This document shows positions 1 to 9,534 of a stretch of 64,000 nt of DNA, piece after piece; position 1 is the stretch's first letter; every line of letters starts with the position of its first letter. The notes below the pieces were generated by a model. The model did no database searches. It saw only the letters and a list, made by a program, of their open reading frames with translations, and was not told the origin of the DNA. The DNA lies in the NCBI GenBank assembly GCA_963675745.2, contig CAXXWX010000001.1:250797-314796 (forward strand), written 5' to 3'. A program made the position numbers and the translations under genes. Origin of the DNA: Phycisphaerae bacterium. Lineage in GTDB: Bacteria; Planctomycetota; Phycisphaerae; UBA1845; Fen-1342.

Positions 1-3
1 CAG

Positions 4-1047
4 GTGCTGGTTAAGGTCGGTGATGAGGTTAACGCCGAGGACGTCGTCGCCCAAACCGAGCTGCCCGGCGAGGTTCGGCCGATAAACGTGGTCGGCAAGC
101 TCGGCTGCGCGCCCGAGGAGTTGGTTGAGATCGTCCTCAAGAAGGAAGGCGACTCGGTAGCCGAAAACGAGGCGTTCGTCCGCACCAAGGGCTTTTTCGG
201 GCTGTTCAGGAGCGAGGTGCGCTCGCCAATTGCCGGCAAGATCGAATCCATCTCGCACGTCACCGGCCAGGTGATCATCCGCGGCGCGCCGATCCTGCTC
301 CAGAAGACGGCGTATGCGCGCGGCAAGGTGGTCGAGACGCACGAGGCCGAATCCGCCACGGTCGAGGTCAGCGGGACGTTCATCCAGGGAATCTTCGGCA
401 TCGGTGGCGAGACCTGGGGCGAAGTGGTTATGGCGGTCGATTCACCGGACGACGTGCTCGATGCCAAGCACATCACCGACGCCCATGCCGGCAAGATCAT
501 CGTGGGCGGCTGCCTGGTGACCGCATCGGCCGTCAAGCAGGCAATCAAGGTCGGGGTCAGCGGGATAGTGTGTGGCGGCCTGAATGACGCCGATTTGCGC
601 GATTTTCTCGGATACGAGCTGGGAGTGGCGATCACTGGTGAGGAGAAGCTCGGCGTCACCGTCATGATTACGGAGGGCTTCGGCAAGATCGGGATGGCCA
701 GGGCTACTTTTGATCTGCTCAAGAAGCGCGCCGGGCTGCTGGCCAGCATCAACGGCGCCACGCAGATTCGCGCCGGCGTGATTCGCCCCGAGCTGATCAT
801 CCCGCTCGATGAGAAAGCGGAAGTGACCGGCGCGGAAGATGATGAGATGGGCAGCGTGCTTCAGGTCGGCACGCCGCTGCGCGCCATCCGTGACCCGTTC
901 TTCGGGCGCATCGGCAAGTGCGTGGCCCTGCCGGTCGAGTTGGAGCGGCTTTCGAGCGAAACCAAGGTGCGCGTGCTCGAAGTTGAGTTTGACGACGGCC
1001 AGCGGGCAACCATACCGCGTGCCAACGTGGAGTTGATCAAGAACTAG
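4..1047 (+). CDS. Conserved hypothetical protein, probably 5'-truncated by the window edge (barrel-sandwich-hybrid-like N-part, KOW-like C-terminus)
   Basis: 347-aa ORF open from the window start with strong GC3 bias; motifs VLKKEGDSV..E, EVRSPIAGKI, TEGFG and C-terminal RAIRDPFFGRIG..IPRANVELI. Confidence 0.75.
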   Translation: MLVKVGDEVNAEDVVAQTELPGEVRPINVVGKLGCAPEELVEIVLKKEGDSVAENEAFVRTKGFFGLFRSEVRSPIAGKIESISHVTGQVIIRGAPILLQKTAYARGKVVETHEAESATVEVSGTFIQGIFGIGGETWGEVVMAVDSPDDVLDAKHITDAHAGKIIVGGCLVTASAVKQAIKVGVSGIVCGGLNDADLRDFLGYELGVAITGEEKLGVTVMITEGFGKIGMARATFDLLKKRAGLLASINGATQIRAGVIRPELIIPLDEKAEVTGAEDDEMGSVLQVGTPLRAIRDPFFGRIGKCVALPVELERLSSETKVRVLEVEFDDGQRATIPRANVELIKN

Positions 1048-1091
1048 CCGCGGTCGCCGGCCTGGAAGCCGGCGCGGCGCCGATAACAGGG

Positions 1092-1304
1092 ATGAACGCG
1101 ATGCCAAGGCTCATGAAGTATCGCAAAATGTTGTATCAACTCAGCACCGGCGGAGTCTGCTTCGGCATGCTCGGCGCGTGGGAGTTGGTCGATTTTGGGT
1201 CCGTGTTTACACAGGTCATCGTCTCGCTGATCAGCCTTCTAATCAGCGCCTTCTTTGGGCAGTCGCTGGCGGACTTGTTCTACCAGCAGGCACTCGCTGG
1301 TTGA
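1092..1304 (+). CDS. Small hydrophobic membrane protein
   Basis: 70-aa ORF with a basic N-terminus and hydrophobic stretch VFTQVIVSLISLLISAFFG; fills the gap before tig. Confidence 0.5.
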   Translation: MNAMPRLMKYRKMLYQLSTGGVCFGMLGAWELVDFGSVFTQVIVSLISLLISAFFGQSLADLFYQQALAG

Positions 1305-1489
1305 GAAAGCTCTTGCGGCTTCATGATCGCCCCGGTTGGGCGCGGCGCACACGGCGCCCGGTCGGCACGGCGCGGACCATGCAGATTTAATCCTGGCGAT
1401 CGCCCACAACCGCGGTGCACGCCACGCAAACGGAGATTTTCCAAATGGAGCAACCCGGACTGTCCGAGGCCCTGCACGATCCGGAGCTG

Positions 1490-2884
1490 ATGGACGCGGC
1501 CGATGAAAAGGCCCAGAAGCTGCTCGACGAGCTCAAGAAAGAAGCCAAGGTTGAAATCAAGGACATCGGCACGCTGCGCAAGGAGCTGCGCGTCACTGTG
1601 CCGGAAAAGGTGATTGCCGACCACGTTGACCACAACTACGAGGAATTGAGGCACGATGCCATGGTGCCCGGTTTCCGCAAGGGACATGCCCCGCGCCGGT
1701 TGATCGAGAAACGCTTCGGCTCGGACGTGCGCAGCTCGCTGAAGACGGCCATCGTCGGGCAATCCTACTTCGCCGCCCTGGAAAACAACGAGCTCGAGGT
1801 GCTCGGCGACCCGCTGTTCTCCATTCAGACCGACGATGAGGTCAAGCTGATGGAGATCGGCGAGGCGCTCCAGCACTTTGAGCTGCCCGAGTCGGGTGAT
1901 TTCACCTACACGTGTGAGATTGAGATCAAGCCGACATTCGAGCTGCCGGAACTCAAGGGCATCAAGATCAAGACCCCTGTGGTGGAGATCACCGATGCCC
2001 AGATTGACGAGCAGCTCGAACGGCAACGCAAGCTGCGCGGCCGCCTTGAACCAGTGAGCGAACCCGCGCAGGCGGATGACGTGCTGGTCGCCGACATCGC
2101 CCTGACCGTCGCGGGCGAACAGGTCAAGAGCGAGGAAAACACCCAGGTAGCCGTGCGGGCGACGCGTCTTGATTCAGTTCCGCTCGAGAAGCTCGGTGAA
2201 GAGCTGGCCGGCGTGGAGATCGGACAGTCGCGGACCGTGGATTGCACGCTTCCCGACGACTATGAACGGGCCGATCTGCGCGGCAAGGCCGGTCAATTCA
2301 AGTTCACCGTACATGAAATCAAACGCCTGCGTCCGGCCGAGGTCCAGCAGATCGTGGAGCAGTTCGGCTGCGATTCGGAGGCGCAACTGCGCGGCTTTAT
2401 TCGCGACGATCTCGAAGCGGAGAAGGAAGAGACCCTCCAACGCGAGAAACGCACGCAGGTTTACGACTATCTCCTCGACAAGTGCAAGCTGGAGCTGCCA
2501 GAGAAGCTCTCGGCTCGGCAGACCGATCGGGCCGTCGTGCGTCGCGTGCTCGAGCTGCGCCAGGCCGGCATCCCCGAGAGCGACATCGAGGCGCACATCG
2601 ACGAACTGCGCACCTCCGCCCGCGAGCAAGTGGCGCGCGATTTGCGGCTCAGCTTCATTCTCGAAAAGGTCGCCGAGCAGCTCGGCGTGGACGTGACCGA
2701 CGAAGAGGTCAATACGGATATCGCGCAGATGGCGCGGCGATACAACCGCCGGTTTGACCGCATCCGTGATGATCTGCAGAAGGCGGGCATGCTGAGTCAG
2801 CTCGCCGAGCAGATCCGCCAGAACAAGTGCGTGGCGCAGTTGCTGGAGGACGCTGACATCACCGGCGAAGAGGCGGATAAGTAA
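1490..2884 (+). CDS. tig: Trigger factor
   Basis: Ribosome-binding motif PGFRKGHAP, FKBP-like middle (LPDDY..DLRGK..F..TVHEIK), SurA-like C-domain; GGAG before ATG 1490; upstream of clpP. Confidence 0.95.
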   Translation: MDAADEKAQKLLDELKKEAKVEIKDIGTLRKELRVTVPEKVIADHVDHNYEELRHDAMVPGFRKGHAPRRLIEKRFGSDVRSSLKTAIVGQSYFAALENNELEVLGDPLFSIQTDDEVKLMEIGEALQHFELPESGDFTYTCEIEIKPTFELPELKGIKIKTPVVEITDAQIDEQLERQRKLRGRLEPVSEPAQADDVLVADIALTVAGEQVKSEENTQVAVRATRLDSVPLEKLGEELAGVEIGQSRTVDCTLPDDYERADLRGKAGQFKFTVHEIKRLRPAEVQQIVEQFGCDSEAQLRGFIRDDLEAEKEETLQREKRTQVYDYLLDKCKLELPEKLSARQTDRAVVRRVLELRQAGIPESDIEAHIDELRTSAREQVARDLRLSFILEKVAEQLGVDVTDEEVNTDIAQMARRYNRRFDRIRDDLQKAGMLSQLAEQIRQNKCVAQLLEDADITGEEADK

Positions 2885-3006
2885 GACGCCCTCGATGGCC
2901 GATATTGTTGAGCGTACAGACAGCCATCAGCCCGGCGGAAAAGGCGGGGCCACCCGCCGGTACCGGTTGCGGCGGCCGTGTGCAAAATCGCAAGCAAGGA
3001 GAACCG

Positions 3007-3645
3007 ATGCCGATGTGGCCTGACTACGAGCGTCCGCGAGCCCAGAGCGGAGGCCCTCAGCAGTGGCGACAGATGGGCCTCAACGAGATGCTCCTGGACA
3101 ACAGGATCATCTTCCTCGACATGCCGCTCGATCCACGCATTACGATCAACGGCAACACGGTTTGCTCGCACATCATCAAGAGCATGCTCTATCTGCAATC
3201 CGTCAAACGCGACGCCGACATCCATCTGTACATCAATTGTCCCGGCGGCGACATCGACGACACGCTGGCAATCTTTGACACGATGCAGTTCCTGAAATGC
3301 GACGTGGCCACCTACTGCGTCGGAGCCGCCAGCAGCGGGGCCGCCGTGATTCTCGCGGCCGGCACGAAGGGCAAGCGTTTCGCACTGCCGCACGCCAACG
3401 TCATGATCCATCAGCCCTGGGGCATGCTCGGCGGCCAGGCGTCGGATATGCGCATCCAGGCCCAGGAGATTCTCAAGGTCAAGGAAACTCTGATCGGGAT
3501 CCTCTCAGACGCCACCGGCAAGCCGCGCGAGCAGATCGAGCGCGACACCGAACGCGACCGCTACATGGGCGCCGCGGAGGCCAAGGAGTACGGGTTGATC
3601 GACGAGGTTCTGGCAGAACCGCAGGCCGCTAACAAGCAGAAATAA
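3007..3645 (+). CDS. clpP: ATP-dependent Clp protease proteolytic subunit (paralogue 1)
   Basis: RIIFL, LYINCPGG, GAASSGA (Ser), MIHQP (His), ERDRYM (Asp), YGLID; AAGGAG before ATG 3007. Confidence 0.93.
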   Translation: MPMWPDYERPRAQSGGPQQWRQMGLNEMLLDNRIIFLDMPLDPRITINGNTVCSHIIKSMLYLQSVKRDADIHLYINCPGGDIDDTLAIFDTMQFLKCDVATYCVGAASSGAAVILAAGTKGKRFALPHANVMIHQPWGMLGGQASDMRIQAQEILKVKETLIGILSDATGKPREQIERDTERDRYMGAAEAKEYGLIDEVLAEPQAANKQK

Positions 3646-3658
3646 CGAGGACGCGTCT

Positions 3659-4288
3659 ATGTCATCGTCGCACTTGGTTCCCATCGTCATCGAGCATGAA
3701 GGCCGCGCCGAACGCTCTTACGATATCTACTCGCGGCTCTTGAAAGACCGCATCGTCTTTCTCGGCGACGAGATCGATCATGTCCTGGCCAATGTCGTGG
3801 TGGCGCAGTTGCTCTTCCTGGCCAACGACGACCGCAAGGCCGACATTCACATGTACATCAACTCCCCCGGCGGATCGGTGTACAGCGGCATGGCGATCTA
3901 CGACACCATGCAATATGTGCCGTGCAATGTGGCGACATATGTCATCGGGGCCGCCGCCAGCATGGCCGCGGTGCTGGCGACCGCCGGCACTGAGGGCAAG
4001 CGCTACATACTGCCGCACGGACGGTTCATGATTCACCAGCCCCTGTCGGGCGCGCGGGGACCGGCGACTGACCTCAAAATCGAGCTCGATGAGGTCATGC
4101 GCACGCAGAAGCAGCTCTACGGCGTGCTTGCCAAGCACAGCGGCAAGTCGCCTGAGCAGATCGAGCAGGATTGCGATCGCAACAACTGGATGGATGCGGA
4201 GAGCAGCATCGCGTACGGGTTGTGTGACCGCGTGCTCGAGGCACTCCCGGAGCCCGGTCCGCGCAAGGTCAGCCCTCAGGATGGGTAG
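3659..4288 (+). CDS. clpP: ATP-dependent Clp protease proteolytic subunit (paralogue 2; Asn at the triad Asp position)
   Basis: LVPIVIE, DIYSRLLKDRIVFL, YINSPGG, AASMAA, MIHQP, DRNNWM. Confidence 0.95.
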   Translation: MSSSHLVPIVIEHEGRAERSYDIYSRLLKDRIVFLGDEIDHVLANVVVAQLLFLANDDRKADIHMYINSPGGSVYSGMAIYDTMQYVPCNVATYVIGAAASMAAVLATAGTEGKRYILPHGRFMIHQPLSGARGPATDLKIELDEVMRTQKQLYGVLAKHSGKSPEQIEQDCDRNNWMDAESSIAYGLCDRVLEALPEPGPRKVSPQDG

Positions 4289-4368
4289 GGATTGAATGAG
4301 GTAGTGGGGCGCGCCCGTGCCTGCCGGATACATCGGGATTCGCGCGGGCAGGAATACCGGTCAGCGCT

Positions 4369-5001
4369 ATGTCTTGGCGATCAACTGCGCATCTACGCCG
4401 ACTTGTGCCACTCGCCGTATTTGCATACTGCGCACTGGGCGGGAGCGCTTGCGTGGATACGGAGAAGCTGGAACTCCGCCGCGAGGTCGGTTCGCTCAAG
4501 CACACAGTCGCCGCCAAAGACCGCCAGCTTGTCGCGCAACAGGTCACGATTGACGGGCTGAATGAGCAGCTCAAGACTGTGCGCGCCATAGAGCCGCAAG
4601 ACCTCGATTTCATCTTTCATCCCGTAAAGATCGAGATCGACTCGCTATCCGGCGGAGCCGACTATGACGGCGAGCCCGGTGACGACGGCGTGACCGTGTA
4701 TCTCCGGCCGGTAGACCGGGACGGTGACTTTCTGAAAGCCGCCGGTGACATTCGTATCGAGCTGTTTGATCTTTCCGCCGCGCCCGAGCAGGCTCTGATC
4801 GGCCGCTGGGATTTTGACGCCGCCCAGGTCAACAAGCTGTGGTATGGCGATGTGTGGACCTACCACTACACGATCAAGTGCCCCTGGCCCGGTGATCCAC
4901 CGGCCGGGCGCGAGATCACGATTCGAGCACGATTCACCGACTATCTGACACAGAGCGTAATGGCCGCGCAGGCCACCTGTGAGATCGAGCCCAGACCCTG
5001 A
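4369..5001 (+). CDS. Hypothetical lipoprotein or secreted protein
   Basis: Signal-like N-terminus ending GGSAC, short coiled coil, beta-rich C-domain. Confidence 0.7.
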   Translation: MSWRSTAHLRRLVPLAVFAYCALGGSACVDTEKLELRREVGSLKHTVAAKDRQLVAQQVTIDGLNEQLKTVRAIEPQDLDFIFHPVKIEIDSLSGGADYDGEPGDDGVTVYLRPVDRDGDFLKAAGDIRIELFDLSAAPEQALIGRWDFDAAQVNKLWYGDVWTYHYTIKCPWPGDPPAGREITIRARFTDYLTQSVMAAQATCEIEPRP

Positions 5002-5176
5002 CGGCGGCTTCCCGCGCGCAAAGAAGGGGGAAAAACGGCCCGTTGGGGCTGCACAATTGACGTCATATCCGACGCGAGCCGATATCTGTGTTGAGGGATC
5101 TTGCGGCGTGTTCGCGCCCTGTGACGCGCAAGATCTGCCTGAGTGCCGGACATTGTTGGCAATCGAGGCTGGAACG

Positions 5177-5602
5177 ATGCTATACCATGAACGCGAGTTG
5201 CGGCAGCGGCTGCTGTTTGCCAGAGTGGCCTGCCTGTCACTAGGGGTGGCGCTGGTCCTGTGGGGCGTCGCACCGGCCCTGATCGACCGAGCCGTAACCG
5301 GGGAACCCGCGGGCCTCAGGGTCTTGGCCATCGGAGGCACTTCCATCCTGTTGGGTGCGGTCTGCGTCATGCTCTTCGTGCTCATGCGCAGCGGCGGATG
5401 CTGGCCGATGCGCGTTGCGTTCGGCCTTTCGTTGAGCCTGGTCACGATCGCGCTCGGGGGTTGGGTGCTCGCCGGCGGGCACTCGGTGTCGCTGTTCCTC
5501 CTTGTGCTGGCCGGCAGCACGACCGTTGCAACCTGGCTATCGCTGTCTTACCGCGGCGCCACGGCGCGCGCACTCGGCGAGGCGCAGCCCCCCCGCCAGT
5601 GA
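5177..5602 (+). CDS. Hypothetical membrane protein (about 4 TM)
   Basis: Four hydrophobic segments after MLYHERE. Confidence 0.65.
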   Translation: MLYHERELRQRLLFARVACLSLGVALVLWGVAPALIDRAVTGEPAGLRVLAIGGTSILLGAVCVMLFVLMRSGGCWPMRVAFGLSLSLVTIALGGWVLAGGHSVSLFLLVLAGSTTVATWLSLSYRGATARALGEAQPPRQ

Positions 5603-5805
5603 GGCCAACGGCCAGGAGCTCATGCCGCGCTGGCTACGCCGTGAACGGCCGACTGAGTGAGCCGTAACTGCCGGCGTGAGTCACCAGGCGCCGAATCCAA
5701 ACCAGATATCCTGACAGAACGCGCAGCAGCGCTGCCCCCCTGCCACGGCGATCATGTCCGCCGACGGCGCTGTCACCCGCTCGCCCAGCCGGTAATATAC
5801 ACGGC

Positions 5806-7278
5806 GTGAACGGTGAGTCGTCAGAGAACGGAACCCATGACGCGCGCCGGCATCTGCCGTCGGTGGATCAGCTAATCAAGCAGCCGGTGGTCGCCGAGCT
5901 GCTGGATGACTTTCCGCGCGACGAGGTGCTGCGGGCGGTTCGTTACGTGCTCGAAGCCCGGCGCGCGAGCATCTGTGCCGGCACGACCGGCGACATCCGC
6001 GTTCACGACCTGGCGCTCGGCATTCGCGAAACGCTTTACCAACGCGCCCGTCCGAGCTTGCGGCGGGTCATAAACGCCACCGGCATCGTCTTACACACGG
6101 GCCTGGGTCGAGCGCCGCTGTCCGAGGAGGCCATCGAGGCCATCGCGGATGTCGCTTCCGGTTATTGCAACCTGGAGTTGGATCTAGAGAGCGGTCGGCG
6201 CGGCCAGCGACAGGACCACTTGCGCGAGTTGTTGTGCGAATTGACCGGCGCCGAAGATGCCGCCGTGGTCAACAACAACGCCGCCGCCACCTACCTCGTG
6301 CTTAGCACGCTTTCAGCCGGTGCCGAAACCATCGTATCGCGTGGCCAACTGGTGGAGATTGGCGGCTCATATCGCATGCCTGACATCATGGCGGCCGCCG
6401 GGTGCCATACGGTCGAGGTCGGCACGACCAACCGCACACACTTGCGCGACTACGAACAGGCCATCACTGAGCATACGCGCGTGCTTTTGCGCGTGAATAC
6501 CAGCAACTATCGCATCCAGGGTTTCGTGGCGAGCCCAAGGCTCGGCGAACTCGTCACGCTGGCACGGCGTTATGAATCGCTGGGAATCACGGTGGTTGAT
6601 GATCTTGGCAGCGGGTTGATTGACACGTGTTTCGCCACGATGCATCAGTCGCCCGAGAGTGCCGCCGCCGAGGTACCTGCGATTGGCGGGTGGGACGAGC
6701 CGACCGTGCGCGAGAGCCTGGCGGCGGGTGCCGACCTGACACTCTTCAGCGGCGATAAGCTTCTCGGCGGGCCACAAGCGGGCGTCATCGTCGGCAAGGC
6801 GGCGCTGATCAGCCGGCTGCACGCCAACCCGCTGATGCGCACGTTTCGCCCGGGTAAGCTCACGTTGGCCGGGCTGGAGGCCACGTTGCGGCTCTACCGT
6901 GACCCGGCAACGGTTGTCCGGCGACTCCCGCACTTGCGCATGCTGACGGCGCCGGCTCATCAACTCCGCGCCCGGGCTGAGCGTCTGGCTGATGAGATCG
7001 GGTCGGCAACCGAGATGGACGCAAGCGCGGAGTCCGGCGATTCATACGCCGGCGGCGGCACATTACCGGTGTGGCCGTTTCCCACGTGGGTCGTGCGCGT
7101 GCCGTGTGCGGCGAGTCAGTGCCAGGCGATCGCCGGCGCGTTGCGCCGCCGCGAACTGCCGGTCATCTGTCGCGTCAGCGCTGACGCGCTGATCTTCGAT
7201 TGCCGGACATTGACAGATGACGATGCGCGCCAGATACCGGCAGCGCTGCGTGAGTGCGCCCGCGACCTCGACGAATAA
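5806..7278 (+). CDS. selA: L-seryl-tRNA(Sec) selenium transferase
   Basis: LPSVD, VINATGIVLHTGLGRAPL, VVNNNAAA, SRGQLVEIGGSYR, EVGTTNRT, DLGSG, PLP-lysine motif FSGDKLLGGPQAG. Confidence 0.96.
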   Translation: MNGESSENGTHDARRHLPSVDQLIKQPVVAELLDDFPRDEVLRAVRYVLEARRASICAGTTGDIRVHDLALGIRETLYQRARPSLRRVINATGIVLHTGLGRAPLSEEAIEAIADVASGYCNLELDLESGRRGQRQDHLRELLCELTGAEDAAVVNNNAAATYLVLSTLSAGAETIVSRGQLVEIGGSYRMPDIMAAAGCHTVEVGTTNRTHLRDYEQAITEHTRVLLRVNTSNYRIQGFVASPRLGELVTLARRYESLGITVVDDLGSGLIDTCFATMHQSPESAAAEVPAIGGWDEPTVRESLAAGADLTLFSGDKLLGGPQAGVIVGKAALISRLHANPLMRTFRPGKLTLAGLEATLRLYRDPATVVRRLPHLRMLTAPAHQLRARAERLADEIGSATEMDASAESGDSYAGGGTLPVWPFPTWVVRVPCAASQCQAIAGALRRRELPVICRVSADALIFDCRTLTDDDARQIPAALRECARDLDE

Positions 7279-7350
7279 AACGCGACCACAAGCAGTCACG
7301 TGCAACACGGTTTGCCACCCGATGAATTCCGGCGGATCTCGACGCAAGAT

Positions 7351-7460
7351 GTAACGGCCGGTGCCTCTCGACCCGAAACGTAACGGCCGGCGCCTCGCCG
7401 GCCGCCGAGCGTTGGTAACGCTACGCCATACCAACGGCCTGCGAGGCGCAGGCCGCTACA
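7351..7460. repeat. REP-like palindromes, family A (GTAR + 9-bp stem + CCT loop), inverted pair
   Basis: GTAA-cggccggcg-cct-cgccggccg at 7380-7404, inverted cggcctgcg-agg-cgcaggccg-CTAC at 7435-7459, degenerate copy at 7351. Confidence 0.75.
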
Positions 7461-7531
7461 GCGCTGGGGCCGTTGCAGCGCTGGGGCCGCCACGGCGCTG
7501 CGTGCGCAAAGTGGCCGCTCCATGTCACGCG

Positions 7532-9019
7532 CTAAGCATCGTCCGGAGGTAACTGTGAATCGTCCGGCTCGATCACCACCTCCCCCTTTTTGCGACGGCG
7601 CTTCTTCGCAGTCGGGTCTGCGGAGCGCGGCGGCCGGCGCCCTTCCTGAACCTCCGCCTCAAAGGTGGCCTTGCGTCGCAGGATGTGGTGATAGTGCTGG
7701 CCGAAACGATGGGCTTCGTCGCGGATTTGCTGCAAGAGCCGCAGGGCCTCGTTGTTGCGCTGCAATCGGAGCGGCTCGGCCCGGGCCTGCACGTACACCA
7801 GCTCCTCGCGTTTGGCCAGCGACACGACCATCGGCGGCTTTACCGCCGCGCCGACCTCACACTCAATCGCCCGGTGAAGATGCTCAAAGGCGCCAAGCGC
7901 GGCGTGGAGCTGCCCGAGACCACCATCAATCAGGACCACTTCAGGGAAAAGCTCCTGCTGGTTGGCGGCGTGCTTGTAACGCCGCGCGATCACCTCGCGG
8001 ATCATGGCGTAATCGTCAACGCCCGCCACTGTCTTGATCTTGTAACGGCGATAGCCATTCTTGAAGGGTTTGCCGTCGATGAAACACACCAGCGAACCGA
8101 CAGAGGCCTGGCCGTGAAGCGTGGCAATGTCGATCCCCTCGATGATCCGCGGCGGCCCATCCAGTCCCAGCAGCTTGCGCAACTTGTCGAGCCCGGCCGA
8201 CGGGTCGATGAAGAAGACCTCGGGTTGCACGTCAGACTGTGCGTCGCCACTCAGCGACAGCCCTTCGATCGCCTTGACGCGATCGCGCAGGTTGCCGGCG
8301 TCTTCGTAACGTTGCTCAGCGGCAGCTTTCTGCATCTCCTTACGCATATCGCGAAGGATGTGGCTGCGCTTGGAGCGCAACAGCCTGATCAACCGTTTGA
8401 TATCGGCGGCGTAATCCGACTTGCTTATGCGATCCGCACATGGGGCGGTGCAACGTTTGATCGCGTGCAAGAGGCACGGCCTGAAGAACCGCCGCTTGTC
8501 GTCGGTCGCGCTGATCTCGATTTCGCAGGTTCGGTAGCGGAGTATTCTCTGAAGCACATTGACGGCTTCGCGCGCGGCCAGAGCGCTGACGAACGGGCCG
8601 AAGACTTTGGCCCCCTTCGTGCGCGGACTCCGCGTGACATACACGCCCGGGAAATCGTCACCGGTCGTAATCTGGATGTATGGAAAAGACTTGTCATCCC
8701 GAAGACGCTCGTTGTAGGCCGGCTGGATGTCCTTGATCAGGCGGTTCTCTGTCAGCAGCGCGTCGACCTCGCTGTCGCAGTCGAGGAAGTCGATGTCCTC
8801 GACGAGGCTGATCATGTGGGCGATCTCCGGACCGCGGGTGTGGAAGAGATCGGCCGCATCCTGAAAGTAGCTGGCCACGCGCGCGCGCAGATCGCGCCCC
8901 TTGCCGACATAGAGCACGGTCGCGTGCGCGTCTCGCATCAGATAGACGCCCGGCGTTTTGGGGAAGCTCGCGATCTTCTCGCGGAGACGTTGAATGCGGG
9001 GGTCGAGCTTATGACTCAT
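7532..9019 (-). CDS. uvrC: Excinuclease ABC subunit C, lacking the C-terminal HhH domain
   Basis: GIY-YIG (PGVYLM..VLYVGKG..LRARV), four-Cys motif, UVR domain (EQRYEDAG.LRD), RNase H-like domain (IEGIDI, DDYAM, LIDGGLGQ, RDEAHRF). Confidence 0.93.
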   Translation of the reverse strand: MSHKLDPRIQRLREKIASFPKTPGVYLMRDAHATVLYVGKGRDLRARVASYFQDAADLFHTRGPEIAHMISLVEDIDFLDCDSEVDALLTENRLIKDIQPAYNERLRDDKSFPYIQITTGDDFPGVYVTRSPRTKGAKVFGPFVSALAAREAVNVLQRILRYRTCEIEISATDDKRRFFRPCLLHAIKRCTAPCADRISKSDYAADIKRLIRLLRSKRSHILRDMRKEMQKAAAEQRYEDAGNLRDRVKAIEGLSLSGDAQSDVQPEVFFIDPSAGLDKLRKLLGLDGPPRIIEGIDIATLHGQASVGSLVCFIDGKPFKNGYRRYKIKTVAGVDDYAMIREVIARRYKHAANQQELFPEVVLIDGGLGQLHAALGAFEHLHRAIECEVGAAVKPPMVVSLAKREELVYVQARAEPLRLQRNNEALRLLQQIRDEAHRFGQHYHHILRRKATFEAEVQEGRRPPRSADPTAKKRRRKKGEVVIEPDDSQLPPDDA

Positions 9020-9140
9020 CGGACGGGATTATAACGCCACCCCGACGGCAACGCGGCTCGCCAGCGGCATCGGGAGCGGTTTAACCCGGACTGAGGACCC
9101 CCAAAACGCTGTTTTCAGACCGTAAACGCCGTTTCTTCGC

Positions 9141-9169
9141 TTGCATTGTACCCGCCGCGCGAGTAGAAG
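9141..9169 (+). promoter_or_regulatory. Possible sigma70-type promoter for the histone-like gene
   Basis: TTGCAT-N17-TAGAAG in the divergent intergenic region. Confidence 0.3.
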
Positions 9170-9294
9170 GGACGCGGCACTCCGGCTGGCGCGGTGTGTG
9201 ACGGTATGGGCCGGAGCACCGGCTTTCTAAATCGGCCAACGTAGTGACTCGCCCGCCGAACGAGGAATCGGCGTCGGGCCACATGGAGATGATC

Positions 9295-9477
9295 GTGGAA
9301 GAATACGAGAAGCTCAAACAGCTCGTCGAGGAAATCGCTGACGACATCTATAAGGCGGTGGGCGGCAACAAAGCCGCCGGCACGCGCGTCCGCAAGGCCA
9401 TGCAGGACATCAAGAGCGCGGCCCAGGAGGTGCGCAAGAAAGTGCTCAGCCTCCGCGACGACGGGGCATCCACCTAG
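9295..9477 (+). CDS. Histone H1-like protein (Hc1 family, N-terminal helical domain only)
   Basis: Signature GNKAAGTRVRKAMQDIK..AQEVRK; GGAG 6 nt before GTG 9295. Confidence 0.85.
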   Translation: MEEYEKLKQLVEEIADDIYKAVGGNKAAGTRVRKAMQDIKSAAQEVRKKVLSLRDDGAST

Positions 9478-9534
9478 GCCCGCGCGTCGCTACCTCGGCC
9501 TCGGCGTTTATCCGGCCAAAATCCTGGAGCAGGC

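Noticed and set aside
5603..5805. tRNA-Sec (selC) upstream of selA
   Set aside because: No TCA anticodon arm, TTCGA T-loop or cloverleaf could be found.
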